A stretch of 64,000 nt of DNA from an uncultured Bacteroidales bacterium (GTDB taxonomy: Bacteria; Bacteroidota; Bacteroidia; Bacteroidales; UBA7960): positions 998-64,997 of the forward strand of contig CAYLYP010000009.1 in the NCBI GenBank assembly GCA_964387795.1, given 5' to 3'. A model generated the notes under the pieces. The model saw nothing but the letters and a program-made list of their open reading frames with translations. It ran no database searches and was not told the DNA's origin. Below, in pieces: positions 19,375-31,950 of the stretch; positions within the stretch are counted from its first letter, which is position 1, and every line of letters begins with the position of its first letter. A program made the position numbers and the translations under genes.

Positions 19375-19402
19375 TATTTTTTTGGGATTAATGATAAAAC
19401 AA

Positions 19403-21706
19403 TTAAAATGAGATACTGATTCCAGGTCCAAAGATAAAAAACAAATCGCCTTGTTTTAATAAATATCCGAAGCCAAGATAAATGGGCACACTAAATTTCG
19501 TTGACTTGCGCATAGGCTCTACTGAACCCATAACTACAAGGCCTATATCCCTTCTGATATCTTCAGAGTCCCTGAAATTAAAAGCATTAAGTGCAATAAA
19601 CCCAACTCCTGCCTTATAAGGTTTTTTATAGCCAATTCGTTTGGGGTCATAAAAACTTAGTTCAGCAAGAATGGATGCACTGATACCTGAAAGAGAACCA
19701 ATGCCAGGTTCTTTAAATTCCTTAACCAGCAAGCCTGTGGGGAAGGATACCTGAATATCAAATGCATTTTTTCGTTCAACAAAAAGGGTGATTTTTTTCA
19801 CATAGCCAGATTGCCCATGTTTGATTTCATTATGTTTAACTGTAATGATGACCTGAGAGAATGCTTCGAGGAGGTATGTTTTCCGTAATAAATATTCATT
19901 AAGGCTAACAACAGTGCTTTGAGAGCAATCCTGGCTGCTGTAAAAGTTATAACGAGGGGAGCCAGGACCGGGGCATACCACAATGTTGTTGATTGTTTGC
20001 AAATCGAGCAATTGATTTTTTGCATCAAGGATCCTTATTTCTATTGAGATGTATTGTTTCCCGAATAATTGGGTTTCTGAATCAATTTCAGAAGGATCGA
20101 AGATTAGGTTAATATCTTTAATTGTTTGATCGTAAAATACCGGTTTGTTAAATTTTGTCTCAGTGATACGGTAATCCCTTTCGCCATAATTAATTTTAAC
20201 GAAATCCAGAGGGGCAGGCCTTTGATATTCACGGACAAGTAATTCATGGCGGGTGATATTCCGGTTCATGAAGAGAATGATTTTTTTTCTGGGTATGTTA
20301 ATAGGCACCACAACTTCATAAAACTGAACCTGGTCATTTATCCTCATGCTATCGAGTCTTTGACGGCAACCATCAAACTGAATGTTTACATCATAAAGCC
20401 CAGAGCCCTGGACTTTAACTTCAATTTTTTCTCCTGGAAAAACACTAAGGTTTGAAGTCCATTCGGCACCCTCCCTAAGGATTTCAATCTGGCTAATCTC
20501 GGGGCGGTTAACAATATTGAAATTGCTGATAAACATAGTGCGGTTTGCATCTTTAATATAAAGATAGCCATCAGTAAGCCTATGAAGGGAATAGGTTTTT
20601 ATTTCAGCTAAAATTTTGTTATCGCTCAGGAAGGATTTTATATAAAGCTCAGCGATGAGAGTTCCGCCATTATCCTGCTGGTCTTCAATACGGTATGTTT
20701 TTTTTAATTGAAAACTGCTGTGATAGTCAATCCTGATCTCTTCACTTCTCCTTTGATTGTTGTCATGGTAAAGATATTCCTTATCGACATTTATAAATTG
20801 AAGCCTGCTTGGTTTAACAGACATTTTTATTAGTAAAGGATCGAGCTCCTGGTGAGGTTGCCCGAAAGCATCAGGGAATGGATTGATAGTATTGAGCAAA
20901 ATTGGCAATTCAGCGAACCCGGTCTGGGATGCTTTAATTAAAATTCTTAGGTTGTTGGCCGAAGGCAGAAATTTATATTCAAAATTATTCAACGAATGCC
21001 AGTTGTTATCGGTGAAGATGTTATCAATAAAGGAGCCTGGGATGTCAATAATTTTCTCTTCGCCTTCAAACAACTCAATGGTTTCGCCATTATAGTTAAG
21101 ATTGGTGATTACATAAGGAAAGAGTTTTGTTTCAATATTACGGGTTTCATTTAGGTTGTTTGTATAGGCAATGATTATTACAGGGAAAGAGTTTTGTTTT
21201 AAGTCATGAAAACGTAACCTTATCCTGTAATGGCTATTTTCAATAAAAACCAAAGAGTCAAGAGAAGTGAAGTCAGGGGACGGAAGGATTTTAATTGATT
21301 TAATTGAATTGGGTGTTTCAGGGATAATGATTAATTCCCCAACGGGGTTTTGCTCGATGGCCTGAAAAAAGAGATAGGGTTTGTTTTGCCAGAATACAGT
21401 ATTCTTAAGCAAAGAGTATTCTTTATTATTGATCCTGATGATTATATCTTTAATGTCGGGGTTTGAATATTGATTATGTCTGCCAGGTTTTGCTACAGAA
21501 TTTGGATTGACAGGATGTTTTGTTTTTAGGACACTATTAATGGATTGATTACCGGTTGTTGTATCCGGTGAGATTGATTGAAGTTCAGAATCATTTTTCT
21601 TGAAAAAAAACAGGGAAGAAAAAGTAGAGGCGGTGACTGTCTCATTAACAAAAAAGAAAAGCACAAAAAACAGGACAGAAATCTGAATGGCTCTGGTTTC
21701 TTTCAT
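19403..21706 (-). CDS. large secreted hypothetical protein, possibly outer-membrane associated
   Basis: Signal peptide after ATG 21706. No family recognised. The C-terminal ~110 aa are beta-strand-like and end in …[11 protein letters not shown]. Confidence 0.7.
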   Translation of the reverse strand: MKETRAIQISVLFFVLFFFVNETVTASTFSSLFFFKKNDSELQSISPDTTTGNQSINSVLKTKHPVNPNSVAKPGRHNQYSNPDIKDIIIRINNKEYSLLKNTVFWQNKPYLFFQAIEQNPVGELIIIPETPNSIKSIKILPSPDFTSLDSLVFIENSHYRIRLRFHDLKQNSFPVIIIAYTNNLNETRNIETKLFPYVITNLNYNGETIELFEGEEKIIDIPGSFIDNIFTDNNWHSLNNFEYKFLPSANNLRILIKASQTGFAELPILLNTINPFPDAFGQPHQELDPLLIKMSVKPSRLQFINVDKEYLYHDNNQRRSEEIRIDYHSSFQLKKTYRIEDQQDNGGTLIAELYIKSFLSDNKILAEIKTYSLHRLTDGYLYIKDANRTMFISNFNIVNRPEISQIEILREGAEWTSNLSVFPGEKIEVKVQGSGLYDVNIQFDGCRQRLDSMRINDQVQFYEVVVPINIPRKKIILFMNRNITRHELLVREYQRPAPLDFVKINYGERDYRITETKFNKPVFYDQTIKDINLIFDPSEIDSETQLFGKQYISIEIRILDAKNQLLDLQTINNIVVCPGPGSPRYNFYSSQDCSQSTVVSLNEYLLRKTYLLEAFSQVIITVKHNEIKHGQSGYVKKITLFVERKNAFDIQVSFPTGLLVKEFKEPGIGSLSGISASILAELSFYDPKRIGYKKPYKAGVGFIALNAFNFRDSEDIRRDIGLVVMGSVEPMRKSTKFSVPIYLGFGYLLKQGDLFFIFGPGISISF

Positions 21707-21885
21707 TTTATAAGTCATTAGGTTAGGCGAAAACAAAGGTAAGAAATTCAATTTCTTTTTTTTACAGGCATTCTTTGTTTAATAGATTTTAAGAAAATTA
21801 AAAATCTATTGGGCTGTATGGAAATATTTCAGTTGTTCGTTAGGCAGGTTCTTATTAACTTTACAACATCAGGAAAACATATTGT

Positions 21886-24800
21886 ATGAAGGAAGAAAAG
21901 CCGGATTTAAAGCAGAAATTGGAGAAATTGCTTTCAGAGAAATCCAGAAAAAGCAAATCAGTATATATAAAGGAGTTAGAGGAAATAGCTTTGGCTTTAT
22001 CAAAAACAAATGAAGAGGGCAATGGAGACCAACCCCGGCTAACGAAAAGAGAAGATTCTGCTGAGATTAAACAAGCGAGAGGGAAAAAGGCAAGTATAAT
22101 TACAGAGGAGGATGGAAAGAGGGGATATAATTATAAGCAATTGTTTGATGCTTTTACAATAGGGCTTTGTGTGGCAAGAAGCATAGTAGGGAAAAAAGAC
22201 GTCCTGCCCCGGTTAAAGGTTATTGATGCAAATAGTGAATTTTGTAATATTTGCGCAATTTCACCCAGCGAGGTTATAGGTTCTTCAATAAAAGACATTT
22301 CGGCAGATTTGTATCATGAAATCATTGAAGAAATCAGGGTTTATAAATCATTTACCTTAACAGGGAAGAAAGAGGTTTTTTCATCTGCTTTGATGAAGTA
22401 TTTTTATATCAACATCAAAGAAATTGAAGACAGTTTATATCTGATTATCCTTGAGGATATTACTGAGAAGAAAGACAACCTGCACAAGCTTGAGCGCACT
22501 GAGAACTTATATCGAAATGTTGTTGATACACAGAATGAAATGATTTGCCGTTTTTCCCCGGAGGGCATTATCACCTTTGCCAATGCGGCATTTTGCAGGT
22601 TTTTGGGGAAGGATGAGAAGAATATTCAGGGAAAAAGCTTAAAGTCTTTGCTTTCCCCTCGCAAGCATAAAAATTGGATTTCGCATATCGATAAGCTCCT
22701 GGAACAAAAACAGGCTGTTTCATGGGAGCAGCGAATCAAGGGCTTAAAAAAACCGGACTGTTGGACACACTGGGAAGATACTCCTATATTTTCGAAGAAA
22801 GGAAATCTTTTAGAATTTCAGTCTATTGGTTTCGACATTAGCTTTAAAAAAACCGCTGAACAAGAGCTGACATATCAGAAGAACCTTCTGGACACGATTA
22901 TTAATGCCGCCCCTATTGGAATTTGGCTCACTGACATGAATGGCAATTATCCGATAATTAATAATTATTTCCGTGATATTGCAGGTTTGGGTGAGCCCTT
23001 ACCTTTTATGAATGAAGATGAATTTGCTGTTTGTCGCGAAAGTGATCAGCTATCATTAAAGCAGGATCAGCCGATAATAAGGGAAGAGACATTAAGCCTG
23101 AAGGATGGGACACGACACGTTTTTCAGATTATTAAGAAAAAAATAGTTGGCCCTGACGGCTTTGCCAAAGGCATACTTGGCCTTGCAATGGATGTGACAG
23201 AACAAAAAAAGACCGAACAGGCTCTTAAAGAAAGTGAAGAAAAGCTTAAGACAATATTCAGGATCCTCCCTGTTGGTGTAATCATTACAGATGTAAACGG
23301 TAATATTATTGACAGCAACCATGCATCTGAAATGCTGCTGGGAGTTATGGATGACAGGAAATTTAACAATGATGACCCAAGGAAAAGGTGGAAAATCATT
23401 AGAACAGACAATAGCCTGATGCCCTCAAGTGAACTTGCCAGTGTAAGGGCTTTGCACGAGAACCGTATCGTAGAGAATGTCGAAATGGGACTGGTGAAAG
23501 GTAAAAATCCGATTACCTGGATTAATGTTAGTGCTGCCCCTATTCCATTATCTTCCTACGGAGTAGCTGTGGTATATATGGATATCACTGAACGAAAGCT
23601 TGCACAAGCTGAGAATGAGGAGATTTTCAGAAACATAATACAACGTTCAACAGACGGTATTTTTTATATCAATACCGATGGTAAGATCATGGAATGGAAT
23701 TCCGGCCTTGAAGAAATCACAGGGCTGAAAAGGAATGATGTGTTATTAAAACCCTATTGGGAGATACTTGGTGAAATCCCTGCAGTGGTTGGTGAACCTG
23801 GTATCACCAATAAACAGATGTCAAAAATCATCGAGAAAGCATTAAAATCGGGGGATGCAAATTGGTTTCATAAGATTTTGGAAACGCAGCTTACAGGTTA
23901 TAGCCAGGAGCCAAAGATTCTCCAATCGGTTGTTTTTCCGGTAAAGACAAACAGGGGTTTTATCCTGGCAGCTATTTGTCGTGACATCACTGAAAGAAAG
24001 TCGGGTGAGATTTTATTAAAGAAGGCAAAGGAGGAAGCTGAAGCAGCCAACAGGCTCAAAAGTGAATTCCTTGCCAACATGAGCCATGAAATCCGCACCC
24101 CATTGAATGCGATTTTAGGTTTTTCGGAAATACTTAAAGAAAAGCTAACCTATCATGCCAACTTGGTAGATTATTTAACAGGAATTGAAAAAAGCGGAAA
24201 TGCACTTATGGGGCTAATCAATGACATCCTTGACCTTTCAAAGATTGAAGCGGGAAAGATGAAGATCAGCCTTGAACCGGTAAACATTACAAAGCTCATC
24301 CATGAAGTTGAACAGATTTTTTCACTAAAGGCAAATGCAAAAGGCCTTGAGTTTAAAATTTCTATTCCACCCGATATTCCTGAATTCTTAATGCTTGATG
24401 AGTTAAGGCTCAGACAGATTCTTTTCAACCTGGTTGGGAATGCAGTAAAGTTTACTCACAAGGGATATGTTAATGTTGATGTAAAAGTTAGCGCCAATAT
24501 TGAAGACAGCCATTTGGTTGACCTTGAAATCAGGGTTAAGGATTCAGGCATTGGGATTCCGGAGAATGACAGGTTTGTTGTCTTTGAACCATTCAGGCAC
24601 CAGGAACGGGAAAAGGTAATGCAATACGGAGGCACAGGCCTTGGGCTAGCCATCTCGAAACGTCTTGTAGAGATGATGAATGGCTCAATTAGTTTAAGGA
24701 GCCGTGAGAATGTAGGTTCAATATTTTCAGTAAAGCTGCAACATGTGCGTCAGGCCTTGTTACAAGGGCCTAGTGTGAATGTACCATCGCTGTTTTCAGT

Positions 24801-25533
24801 ACAGTTTGAACCTGCCACCATTTTGATGGTTGAAGATATGGCTTCAAACAGGCTTGTGATAAAAGGCTTCCTTGGCTCTTCAGGTATCTCTGTTATTGAA
24901 GCTGAGAATGGTAAAATTGGAGTTGAAAAAGCAATAAGCAACAAGCCTGATTTAATATTAATGGATATTCAAATGCCGGAGATGGATGGTTTCCAGGCCA
25001 CTAAAATCATTAAAGGCAACGAAGCCACCCGTCATATCCCTATCGTAGTGATTTCTGCCTTTGGGCCAACACCTTCTTATGCAAGCGAACCGGGTTTATT
25101 TGATGCTTATTTGCGAAAGCCTATTTCGAAACATGTACTTATTGAAGCGCTTACACGTTTCCTCCCTCATAAAAAAATCCCATTGAAAGAAGGGGCTTTC
25201 GATCAGGAAAACTACCCTGAAGTATTATTGAAAATCGAGCAAAATCTCGGACAGCTAACTAATGATAATTTTGTAGTATTGAAGAATCTTTTTGAAAATG
25301 AACTTATTCCTTATTTTCAAAAAATCACTCATATCTTGTCTTTTGAAGAAGTAGCTGATTTTTCCCAAAAGCTTGAAAAAACAGCAGTTCGTTTTCGAAT
25401 CAGTGGATTAAAGGAATATGCATATACCCTTCATCTTGCTTCCAATGCGTTTAATGTTACTGCAATTAATAAACTGCTTGAGCTTTTCCCAAGGATATAT
25501 TTGCTTATACTTCAAAAGCCCGATAATAAATAA
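21886..25533 (+). CDS. hybrid sensor histidine kinase (multiple PAS, HisKA, HATPase, REC, HPt-like tail)
   Basis: H-box [16 protein letters not shown]-boxes [27 protein letters not shown], several PAS-like segments (…VMDITERK…). Confidence 0.9.
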   Translation: MKEEKPDLKQKLEKLLSEKSRKSKSVYIKELEEIALALSKTNEEGNGDQPRLTKREDSAEIKQARGKKASIITEEDGKRGYNYKQLFDAFTIGLCVARSIVGKKDVLPRLKVIDANSEFCNICAISPSEVIGSSIKDISADLYHEIIEEIRVYKSFTLTGKKEVFSSALMKYFYINIKEIEDSLYLIILEDITEKKDNLHKLERTENLYRNVVDTQNEMICRFSPEGIITFANAAFCRFLGKDEKNIQGKSLKSLLSPRKHKNWISHIDKLLEQKQAVSWEQRIKGLKKPDCWTHWEDTPIFSKKGNLLEFQSIGFDISFKKTAEQELTYQKNLLDTIINAAPIGIWLTDMNGNYPIINNYFRDIAGLGEPLPFMNEDEFAVCRESDQLSLKQDQPIIREETLSLKDGTRHVFQIIKKKIVGPDGFAKGILGLAMDVTEQKKTEQALKESEEKLKTIFRILPVGVIITDVNGNIIDSNHASEMLLGVMDDRKFNNDDPRKRWKIIRTDNSLMPSSELASVRALHENRIVENVEMGLVKGKNPITWINVSAAPIPLSSYGVAVVYMDITERKLAQAENEEIFRNIIQRSTDGIFYINTDGKIMEWNSGLEEITGLKRNDVLLKPYWEILGEIPAVVGEPGITNKQMSKIIEKALKSGDANWFHKILETQLTGYSQEPKILQSVVFPVKTNRGFILAAICRDITERKSGEILLKKAKEEAEAANRLKSEFLANMSHEIRTPLNAILGFSEILKEKLTYHANLVDYLTGIEKSGNALMGLINDILDLSKIEAGKMKISLEPVNITKLIHEVEQIFSLKANAKGLEFKISIPPDIPEFLMLDELRLRQILFNLVGNAVKFTHKGYVNVDVKVSANIEDSHLVDLEIRVKDSGIGIPENDRFVVFEPFRHQEREKVMQYGGTGLGLAISKRLVEMMNGSISLRSRENVGSIFSVKLQHVRQALLQGPSVNVPSLFSVQFEPATILMVEDMASNRLVIKGFLGSSGISVIEAENGKIGVEKAISNKPDLILMDIQMPEMDGFQATKIIKGNEATRHIPIVVISAFGPTPSYASEPGLFDAYLRKPISKHVLIEALTRFLPHKKIPLKEGAFDQENYPEVLLKIEQNLGQLTNDNFVVLKNLFENELIPYFQKITHILSFEEVADFSQKLEKTAVRFRISGLKEYAYTLHLASNAFNVTAINKLLELFPRIYLLILQKPDNK

Positions 25534-25553
25534 AATATTTAACCTGTAATCTT

Positions 25554-26726
25554 ATGGCCTTACAAAAACACAGTCCCCTGAATCCTGATCGAAGATCTAA
25601 AGTCCTGATTATTGATGATACACCAGACAACATTCAGGTATTGGCGGGAATCCTTAGTGAAAAAGATGTAAGCTTAAGCTATGCGAGCAGTGGTCAAAAA
25701 GCTTTGGCAGCGATACATGAAAACCTTCCTGATCTCATATTGCTGGACATCACAATGCCTGGCATGGATGGTTTTCAGGTATGCAAAGAATTAAAAAGCC
25801 ATCCTCAAACGCTGGATATCCCGGTAATATTTCTCACGGCAAGGGTTGAAGAAGAAGATGTTTTGAAAGGCTTCAGGATGGGGGCCGTTGATTATGTTAC
25901 CAAACCCTTTAATGCACAGGAACTGGTATCCAGGGTTTATACCCATCTCGAACTTAAACATTCAAAAGACCTGATCCGGGAACAAAACAAGAAACTTGAG
26001 GAACTGAACGCTACAAAAGACAAGCTTTTTAGTATCATTTCCCATGACCTGAAGAATGTGTTCAATAACATTATGTTTGGTTCTGATTCGCTTGCAAAAG
26101 ACATTGAACTGTTTCAGGGGGCGCAGATCAAAGATATTGCTGTCATGATAAATGTTTCTGTTAAGAGGGCTTTTGCTCTTTTTGATAATCTATTGGAATG
26201 GGCAAGGTCGCAGTCAGGACTATTGAGGTTTGAACCTGAGCCTTTGTACTTAGAACCTTTGATAGACGAGACCATTTTGTTATTTTCCCAGCAGATATCT
26301 AAAAAAAACATTCATATTGAAAAGCATTTTCCGCCTGAACAAACATTTATTTATGTTGATTTTCAAATGATAGGTACTGTACTGAGAAACCTCATTTCAA
26401 ATGCCATCAAGTACACTTCCGATAATGGCTGGATTAGGGTTGCAATCCGCAATTCAGAATCATGGTGCCATGTGGAGGTTGCAGATAATGGAATTGGAAT
26501 TGAAAAGGAAGACCTTGACAGGTTGTTCCGTGTTGACAGTCAGTTTTCAAGACCAGGAACCGCTAATGAAACAGGAACGGGCATTGGACTGATCCTTTGC
26601 AAGGAATTTATTGAAAAAAATAAAGGCGCAATCTCTGTTGCTTCCACAAAAGGGGAGGGGAGCACCTTTAGTTTTTACCTTCCAATATATGACGAGAATA
26701 TTGATCTTAATGAATCTATAGATTAA
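25554..26726 (+). CDS. response-regulator/histidine-kinase fusion (REC, HisKA-like, HATPase)
   Basis: REC (VLIIDDTPDN…DITMPGMDG…DYVTKPF), H-box IISHDLKNVF, DNGIGIE, GTGIGLIL. Confidence 0.9.
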   Translation: MALQKHSPLNPDRRSKVLIIDDTPDNIQVLAGILSEKDVSLSYASSGQKALAAIHENLPDLILLDITMPGMDGFQVCKELKSHPQTLDIPVIFLTARVEEEDVLKGFRMGAVDYVTKPFNAQELVSRVYTHLELKHSKDLIREQNKKLEELNATKDKLFSIISHDLKNVFNNIMFGSDSLAKDIELFQGAQIKDIAVMINVSVKRAFALFDNLLEWARSQSGLLRFEPEPLYLEPLIDETILLFSQQISKKNIHIEKHFPPEQTFIYVDFQMIGTVLRNLISNAIKYTSDNGWIRVAIRNSESWCHVEVADNGIGIEKEDLDRLFRVDSQFSRPGTANETGTGIGLILCKEFIEKNKGAISVASTKGEGSTFSFYLPIYDENIDLNESID

Positions 26727-26829
26727 ATTTTGATTCCAAAAAATCTTTTCTATGGTCTTTTCATCCACATTTGTTAACTTCGCAAGTTAAAATTTTCATT
26801 CTTTTTAAATTATTAAACACATACCTGCA

Positions 26830-29592
26830 ATGGATTACAACTTCAATGTCATCGAAAAGAAGTGGCAAGCTTATTGGAAAGAAAACAAAACTTATAAGAC
26901 CCTGACAGATCTTTCAAGGCCTAAATTCTATGTTTTGGATATGTTCCCTTATCCTTCCGGCGCAGGCTTACATGTAGGACACCCACTGGGTTATATTGCT
27001 TCCGACATCTATAGCCGTTATAAGCGCCTTCAGGGATTTAATGTCCTTCACCCCATGGGATATGATGCTTATGGGCTCCCTGCCGAACAATATGCCATAC
27101 AAACCGGTCAACATCCTGCTATTACTACTGAAAAAAATGTTGCCCGTTATCGTGAACAACTTGATAAAATTGGGTTCTCTTTCGACTGGGATCGCGAAGT
27201 AAGGACATGTGACCCTGAATACTATAAATGGACACAATGGACTTTTATTCAGCTTTTTGAATCCTGGGTTAACCTAAAAACACAAAAAGCCACTCCGATA
27301 AAAGACCTGATAGCTCTTTTTGAAAAAAATGGGAGTAATGGCATACAGGCAGCCTGTTCGCCTTTCGAGGCTTTTAGTGCATCGCAATGGAAAGCTTTTT
27401 CTGAAAAGGAAAAACAGCTAATGCTCATGAATTTTCGCCTGGCCTATCTTTCTGAAACCATGGTTAACTGGTGTCCTGCTCTTGGAACAGTGCTTGCCAA
27501 TGATGAAGTGAAAGATGGCTTAAGCGTCAGGGGAGGACATCCTGTTGAAAGAAAAATGATGAAGCAATGGCTCCTAAGGATTACGGCTTATGCCCAACGC
27601 CTGCTTGATGGCCTTGAAACCATTGAATGGAGCGAGTCAATAAAAGAGATACAGAAAAACTGGATTGGAAGAAGTGAAGGCGCTTCAGTGTTCTTTAAGC
27701 TCAAAGGCTCTGAACAACAGATAGAAATCTTCACTACCCGTCCTGATACTATTTTCGGAGCAAGTTTTATGGTACTGGCTCCCGAGCATGAACTTGTTGA
27801 ACAGATTACTTCACCTGAGCAAAAGCAGGAAGTCAGCGAATATGTGCAGTGGGCAAAGAACCGTTCTGAACGCGAAAGAATGACCGAAGTAAAAAAAGTG
27901 ACTGGAGCTTTCACCGGTGCTTATGTTGAACATCCTTTCAGTGGAGAAGCTGTTCCAATCTGGATTGCAGATTATGTACTTGCAGGTTATGGTACCGGGG
28001 CTATTATGGCTGTTCCTGCTCATGATAGCCGTGACTATGCTTTTGCAAGGCATTTTAATCTCCCTATTGTTGAAGTTGTTGCTGGTGGAAACATAGAAGT
28101 AGAATCTTACGATGCCAAAGATGGGATCCTTATTAACAGTGATTTCCTGAACGGATTGAACGTGAAAGAGGCAATAACCCATGCTATTGCAAGGATTGAA
28201 GAAAAACATATTGGAACTGGCACTGTCAATTTCAGGCTTAGGGATGCTATATTTAGCCGTCAGAGATATTGGGGAGAACCTTTTCCGGTTTATTATATTG
28301 ATGATATCCCTTATATGCTCCCAATCGATAAGCTTCCGCTTCAACTTCCCGATGTGGATGCTTACCTGCCTACCGAAACTGGCCTGCCTCCATTGGCAAG
28401 GGCAAAAAACTGGGCTACTCAGGAGGGATATCCTTATGAGTGTAATACAATGCCTGGCTTTGCTGGTTCAAGCGCTTATTATATCCGATACATGGATCCC
28501 AAAAATAATAAGGCTCTTGTTTCAGAAGAAGCTGTTTCTTATTGGAGAAATGTTGACTTATACGTAGGAGGTGCTGAACATGCTACGGGGCACTTAATTT
28601 ATTCACGTTTTTGGAATAAATTCCTGTTCGATCTTGGAATTACAAAGGAAGAAGAACCTTTCAAGAAGCTTATCAACCAGGGGATGATACAGGGCCGTTC
28701 TAATTTTGTTTACAGGCTTAAAGGTTCCAACACCTTTGTTTCTCATAACCTTAGAAAAGATTATGATTGCACTGAGATCCATGTTGATGTTAACATTGTT
28801 CATAATGACATTCTGGATATCGAAGCTTTTAAGAAATGGAGACCTGAGTTTGAATCTGCTGAGTTTATTCTTGAAAACGACAAATATGTTTGCGGGAGTG
28901 AAATAGAAAAGATGTCCAAGTCTTTATATAATGTTGTAAATCCTGATGATCTTATTGAACGTTATGGTGCCGACACCCTTAGGTTATATGAAATGTTCCT
29001 TGGACCGGTAGAGCAGGCAAAACCATGGGATACCAATGGCATTGAAGGGGTGTTCAGGTTTATCAAAAAACTCTGGAAACTCTATCATGACAAAAACAAT
29101 GATTTCTGTGTTGTTAATGAAGCCCCTTCTCCTCAGGAGTTAAAAGTGCTCCATAAAACAATTAGAAAAATACAGGACGACATTGAGAAGTTTTCTTTTA
29201 ATACTTCAGTGAGCTCATTCATGATTGCTGTTAATGAACTTACAGATTTGCAGTGTAATAAAAGAGAAATCCTTGAACCATTGGTTGTGCTTATCTCTTC
29301 TTTTGCTCCTCATATTGCGGAAGAACTCTGGCAGAACCTTGGGCACAACTCCAGTGTGACACAGGCTGCATTCCCTGCTTTTATCGAATCTTATGTGGTT
29401 GAAAACACTGTTGTGTATCCGGTTTCTTTCAATGGAAAAATGAGGTTTAAAATTGAGGTAGAGGCAGGGACTTCAAATGCTGAAATCGAAAAATTGGTTG
29501 TGGACCATCAGGAAGCTCAAAAATGGCTGTTAGGCAATCCACCCAAAAAAATCATTGTTGTTCCTGGAAAAATTGTAAATGTTGTAATCTGA
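26830..29592 (+). CDS. leuS: leucine--tRNA ligase
   Basis: HIGH motif ([10 protein letters not shown]), KMSKS motif (EKMSKSLYN), CP1 editing region. 920 aa. Confidence 0.98.
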   Translation: MDYNFNVIEKKWQAYWKENKTYKTLTDLSRPKFYVLDMFPYPSGAGLHVGHPLGYIASDIYSRYKRLQGFNVLHPMGYDAYGLPAEQYAIQTGQHPAITTEKNVARYREQLDKIGFSFDWDREVRTCDPEYYKWTQWTFIQLFESWVNLKTQKATPIKDLIALFEKNGSNGIQAACSPFEAFSASQWKAFSEKEKQLMLMNFRLAYLSETMVNWCPALGTVLANDEVKDGLSVRGGHPVERKMMKQWLLRITAYAQRLLDGLETIEWSESIKEIQKNWIGRSEGASVFFKLKGSEQQIEIFTTRPDTIFGASFMVLAPEHELVEQITSPEQKQEVSEYVQWAKNRSERERMTEVKKVTGAFTGAYVEHPFSGEAVPIWIADYVLAGYGTGAIMAVPAHDSRDYAFARHFNLPIVEVVAGGNIEVESYDAKDGILINSDFLNGLNVKEAITHAIARIEEKHIGTGTVNFRLRDAIFSRQRYWGEPFPVYYIDDIPYMLPIDKLPLQLPDVDAYLPTETGLPPLARAKNWATQEGYPYECNTMPGFAGSSAYYIRYMDPKNNKALVSEEAVSYWRNVDLYVGGAEHATGHLIYSRFWNKFLFDLGITKEEEPFKKLINQGMIQGRSNFVYRLKGSNTFVSHNLRKDYDCTEIHVDVNIVHNDILDIEAFKKWRPEFESAEFILENDKYVCGSEIEKMSKSLYNVVNPDDLIERYGADTLRLYEMFLGPVEQAKPWDTNGIEGVFRFIKKLWKLYHDKNNDFCVVNEAPSPQELKVLHKTIRKIQDDIEKFSFNTSVSSFMIAVNELTDLQCNKREILEPLVVLISSFAPHIAEELWQNLGHNSSVTQAAFPAFIESYVVENTVVYPVSFNGKMRFKIEVEAGTSNAEIEKLVVDHQEAQKWLLGNPPKKIIVVPGKIVNVVI

Positions 29593-29620
29593 TAATTGAT
29601 TGCTTAATATGTTGTTATAC

Positions 29621-29656
29621 AGGAGGGTTGATATTTTTTTCAAGCCTCCTTTTTTT
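29621..29656 (+). terminator. weak terminator after leuS
   Basis: AGGAGG…CCTCCT stem of 6 bp with a long loop, followed by TTTTTT. Confidence 0.35.
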
Positions 29657-29751
29657 GTTCGTTTTTATATTTTATATTTGATATAGTGGATTTTTACAAT
29701 TTTGGAATGTTTTTTGGTTGTTCTGCTTGAAAGCATAAAAAATTCAAGGAC

Positions 29752-30582
29752 ATGAAATCAATCAATTTTAAAAAATATGTGCTGCGGAACAGTCTAAGAT
29801 TGTTTCTAATCAGCCTCTTCATCTGTGTGTCTATTGTATCCCAGGCACAGAATCTCAGAAAAGTGTTTAATGAATCATACACTTATGGAGAAAAGATTTC
29901 CTACAGGGTTTACTATGATGCCATACTTACAGGAAAAGTAATTGCCGGAGAAGCATCACTTGAAATAAAAGCTGATCCTGTTGTTATTAGCGGGAGACCT
30001 TCAATGCATGTCGTAGGTATTGGTCGTACTAAAGGGGTGTTTAATTTGTTCTATAGGGTAAACGACAGGTATGAGACTTTTATTGACCAGGAAGCTATTG
30101 CCCCTTTCCTTTTTATTAGAAGGGTGAATGAAGGGGGTTATATCATTAATCAGGACGTGACCTTTAATCAGTTTCAGAATTTTGCAAGGAGCAATAAAGC
30201 TACAGTTCAAACTCCCCCTTACATTCAGGATATCATTTCTTCTTTTTATTATGCCCGCACGATAGACTTTAAAAACGCCAAAGCAGGAGATGAATTTCCT
30301 GTTGAGTTTTTGCTTGATGACACTGTTTTTGTTACTAAGATACTGTATGAAGGGCCGGAGGTTATCAATACAGTGCTTGGAACTTTCAAAACGCATAAAT
30401 TTAAACCCATGGTGCTTACCGGTGAAGTCTTTTCCCAGCCATATCCTATGACTGTCTGGATCAGCGATGATAAAAATAAAGTGCCTCTGATGGTAGAGTC
30501 TGGCATTATTGTTGGTTCTGTTAAAATGGAATTGATAAACTACAATGGTTTAAAAAACCCGGTTAGTTCTAAGATTGAATGA
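29752..30582 (+). CDS. DUF3108-like secreted protein
   Basis: Signal peptide. GEKISYRVYYDAILTGKVIAGEASLEI resembles the DUF3108 N-terminus, recalled from memory. Confidence 0.65.
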   Translation: MKSINFKKYVLRNSLRLFLISLFICVSIVSQAQNLRKVFNESYTYGEKISYRVYYDAILTGKVIAGEASLEIKADPVVISGRPSMHVVGIGRTKGVFNLFYRVNDRYETFIDQEAIAPFLFIRRVNEGGYIINQDVTFNQFQNFARSNKATVQTPPYIQDIISSFYYARTIDFKNAKAGDEFPVEFLLDDTVFVTKILYEGPEVINTVLGTFKTHKFKPMVLTGEVFSQPYPMTVWISDDKNKVPLMVESGIIVGSVKMELINYNGLKNPVSSKIE

Positions 30583-30607
30583 AGAAAAACCCCTAAAACA
30601 AAACAAT

Positions 30608-31021
30608 ATGAAAACAAGAAAATTTAACCCAATGCTCATCGCATTTGCGTTATTGGCACTTACGCTTGGTGCCTGTGGAAAATATGAGTATGACGAACGT
30701 AACCGTTTTGTTGGAAGATATGAAGTTGAGGAATACTATTATTACCTAAACACCTATTCATATTTTAATTCCAGCATTGAGAAATCGGATGACTATGATG
30801 ATGAAGTTATTATTACAAACTTTTTCGATACTGGTTATGATGTTTATGGTGTTGTTGAAGGCTCCAAAATCTTTATTGACCCTCAGACCATAGGGATGTA
30901 CACTTTTGAAGGATATGGATCTTTGTCTGATAATACAATTACGATTAACTACGAGGTAGCGATTGCAAGGCCTTCTTCAACAATTTATGAAGACGTGGTT
31001 GCTGTTTATCTTAAGTATTAG
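30608..31021 (+). CDS. small lipoprotein, hypothetical
   Basis: An internal ATG gives MKTRKFNPMLIAFALLALTLGACGK (lipobox). Confidence 0.6.
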   Translation: MKTRKFNPMLIAFALLALTLGACGKYEYDERNRFVGRYEVEEYYYYLNTYSYFNSSIEKSDDYDDEVIITNFFDTGYDVYGVVEGSKIFIDPQTIGMYTFEGYGSLSDNTITINYEVAIARPSSTIYEDVVAVYLKY

Positions 31022-31041
31022 TTAATAAGAAATTCAATTCA

Positions 31042-31069
31042 ACGTCCGGGCTTCCGGGCGTTTTTTTTT
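31042..31069 (+). terminator. intrinsic terminator
   Basis: ACGTCCGG-GCTT-CCGGGCGT (8 bp including one G-U pair) followed by T9. Confidence 0.8.
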
Positions 31070-31227
31070 GTATTTTTGTATTGGTAGCATTTATTAGTTT
31101 GCTTTACCTGATTGGAAATCCAATAAAGCAACTGCTGCATTAAGATTTTTGTATTCTTTCAAGGCTTTGGCTGAGAGGGAATAATGTTTTCTTAAAAACC
31201 AATATTTGAAACTTAAACGCAAAAACG

Positions 31228-31665
31228 ATGAAAAAAGCTGAGATCCATACCGAAAAGGGAGTAATGGTAGTATCTTTTTACGAAAAAGACGCACCCAATA
31301 CAGTTGCCAACTTTGTCAAATTATCTAAAAGTGGATTTTATGATGGGCTTACTTTCCATAGGGTAATCCCTGAATTTGTTATTCAGGGTGGATGTCCCCA
31401 GGGAACTGGTGCTGGTGGTCCAGGCTATTCAATTAATTGTGAACTTGATGGAGGAAACCAATATCATGATCGCGGAGTACTATCAATGGCTCATGCAGGC
31501 AGGAACACAGGTGGTTCTCAGTTTTTTATCTGCCATAACCGCGAGAACACTGCCCATCTTGACAGGAAGCATACATGTTTTGGAAAGGTTGAAAAAGGCC
31601 TTGAAGTTATTGATTTGATCAGGCAAGGTGATAAAATCATTAAAATCAACATAATTGAAGAATAA
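31228..31665 (+). CDS. cyclophilin-type peptidyl-prolyl cis-trans isomerase
   Basis: [13 protein letters not shown]…[16 protein letters not shown]…HTCFGKV. Confidence 0.95.
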   Translation: MKKAEIHTEKGVMVVSFYEKDAPNTVANFVKLSKSGFYDGLTFHRVIPEFVIQGGCPQGTGAGGPGYSINCELDGGNQYHDRGVLSMAHAGRNTGGSQFFICHNRENTAHLDRKHTCFGKVEKGLEVIDLIRQGDKIIKINIIEE

Positions 31666-31888
31666 AACACAAAAGATTACTTTTGCCCTTGATGGCCTTT
31701 ATATTGAGCTGATTGGGCTGCTTAAGCTCCTTAATATTGCTGAAACCGGAGGGCATGCAAAACTTCTTGTTGATGAAGGCCTTGTTTTCCGTAACGGGGA
31801 AGTAGAGCTTAGGAAACGTGCTAAGTTAATTCCTGGTGACAAGATTACATTTCAGGATATTGAAATAGTAATTGTTGAACAACAGTAA
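31655..31888 (+). CDS. S4-domain RNA-binding protein (YbcJ-like)
   Basis: …[45 protein letters not shown]… There is no ATG upstream of the conserved part. A TTG at 31655 overlaps the PPIase stop by 11 nt. Confidence 0.6.
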   Translation: MKNKTQKITFALDGLYIELIGLLKLLNIAETGGHAKLLVDEGLVFRNGEVELRKRAKLIPGDKITFQDIEIVIVEQQ

Positions 31889-31892
31889 AAAG

Positions 31893-31924
31893 AAAAAGCC
31901 CCGCATGATTACGCGGGGCTTTTT
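31893..31924. terminator. bidirectional intrinsic terminator (S4 gene / groEL)
   Basis: AAAAAGCCCCGC-ATGATTAC-GCGGGGCTTTTT. Confidence 0.85.
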
Positions 31925-31950
31925 TGATTTATTTTGGCTTGCAGTCTGGT

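Noticed and set aside
27811-28344. 177-aa minus-strand ORF, and similar ORFs at 1935..2309, 5964..6362, 23124..23411 and 55264..55677
   Set aside because: All lie antisense within strongly supported genes (leuS, corA, kinases, permease) and have no independent support.
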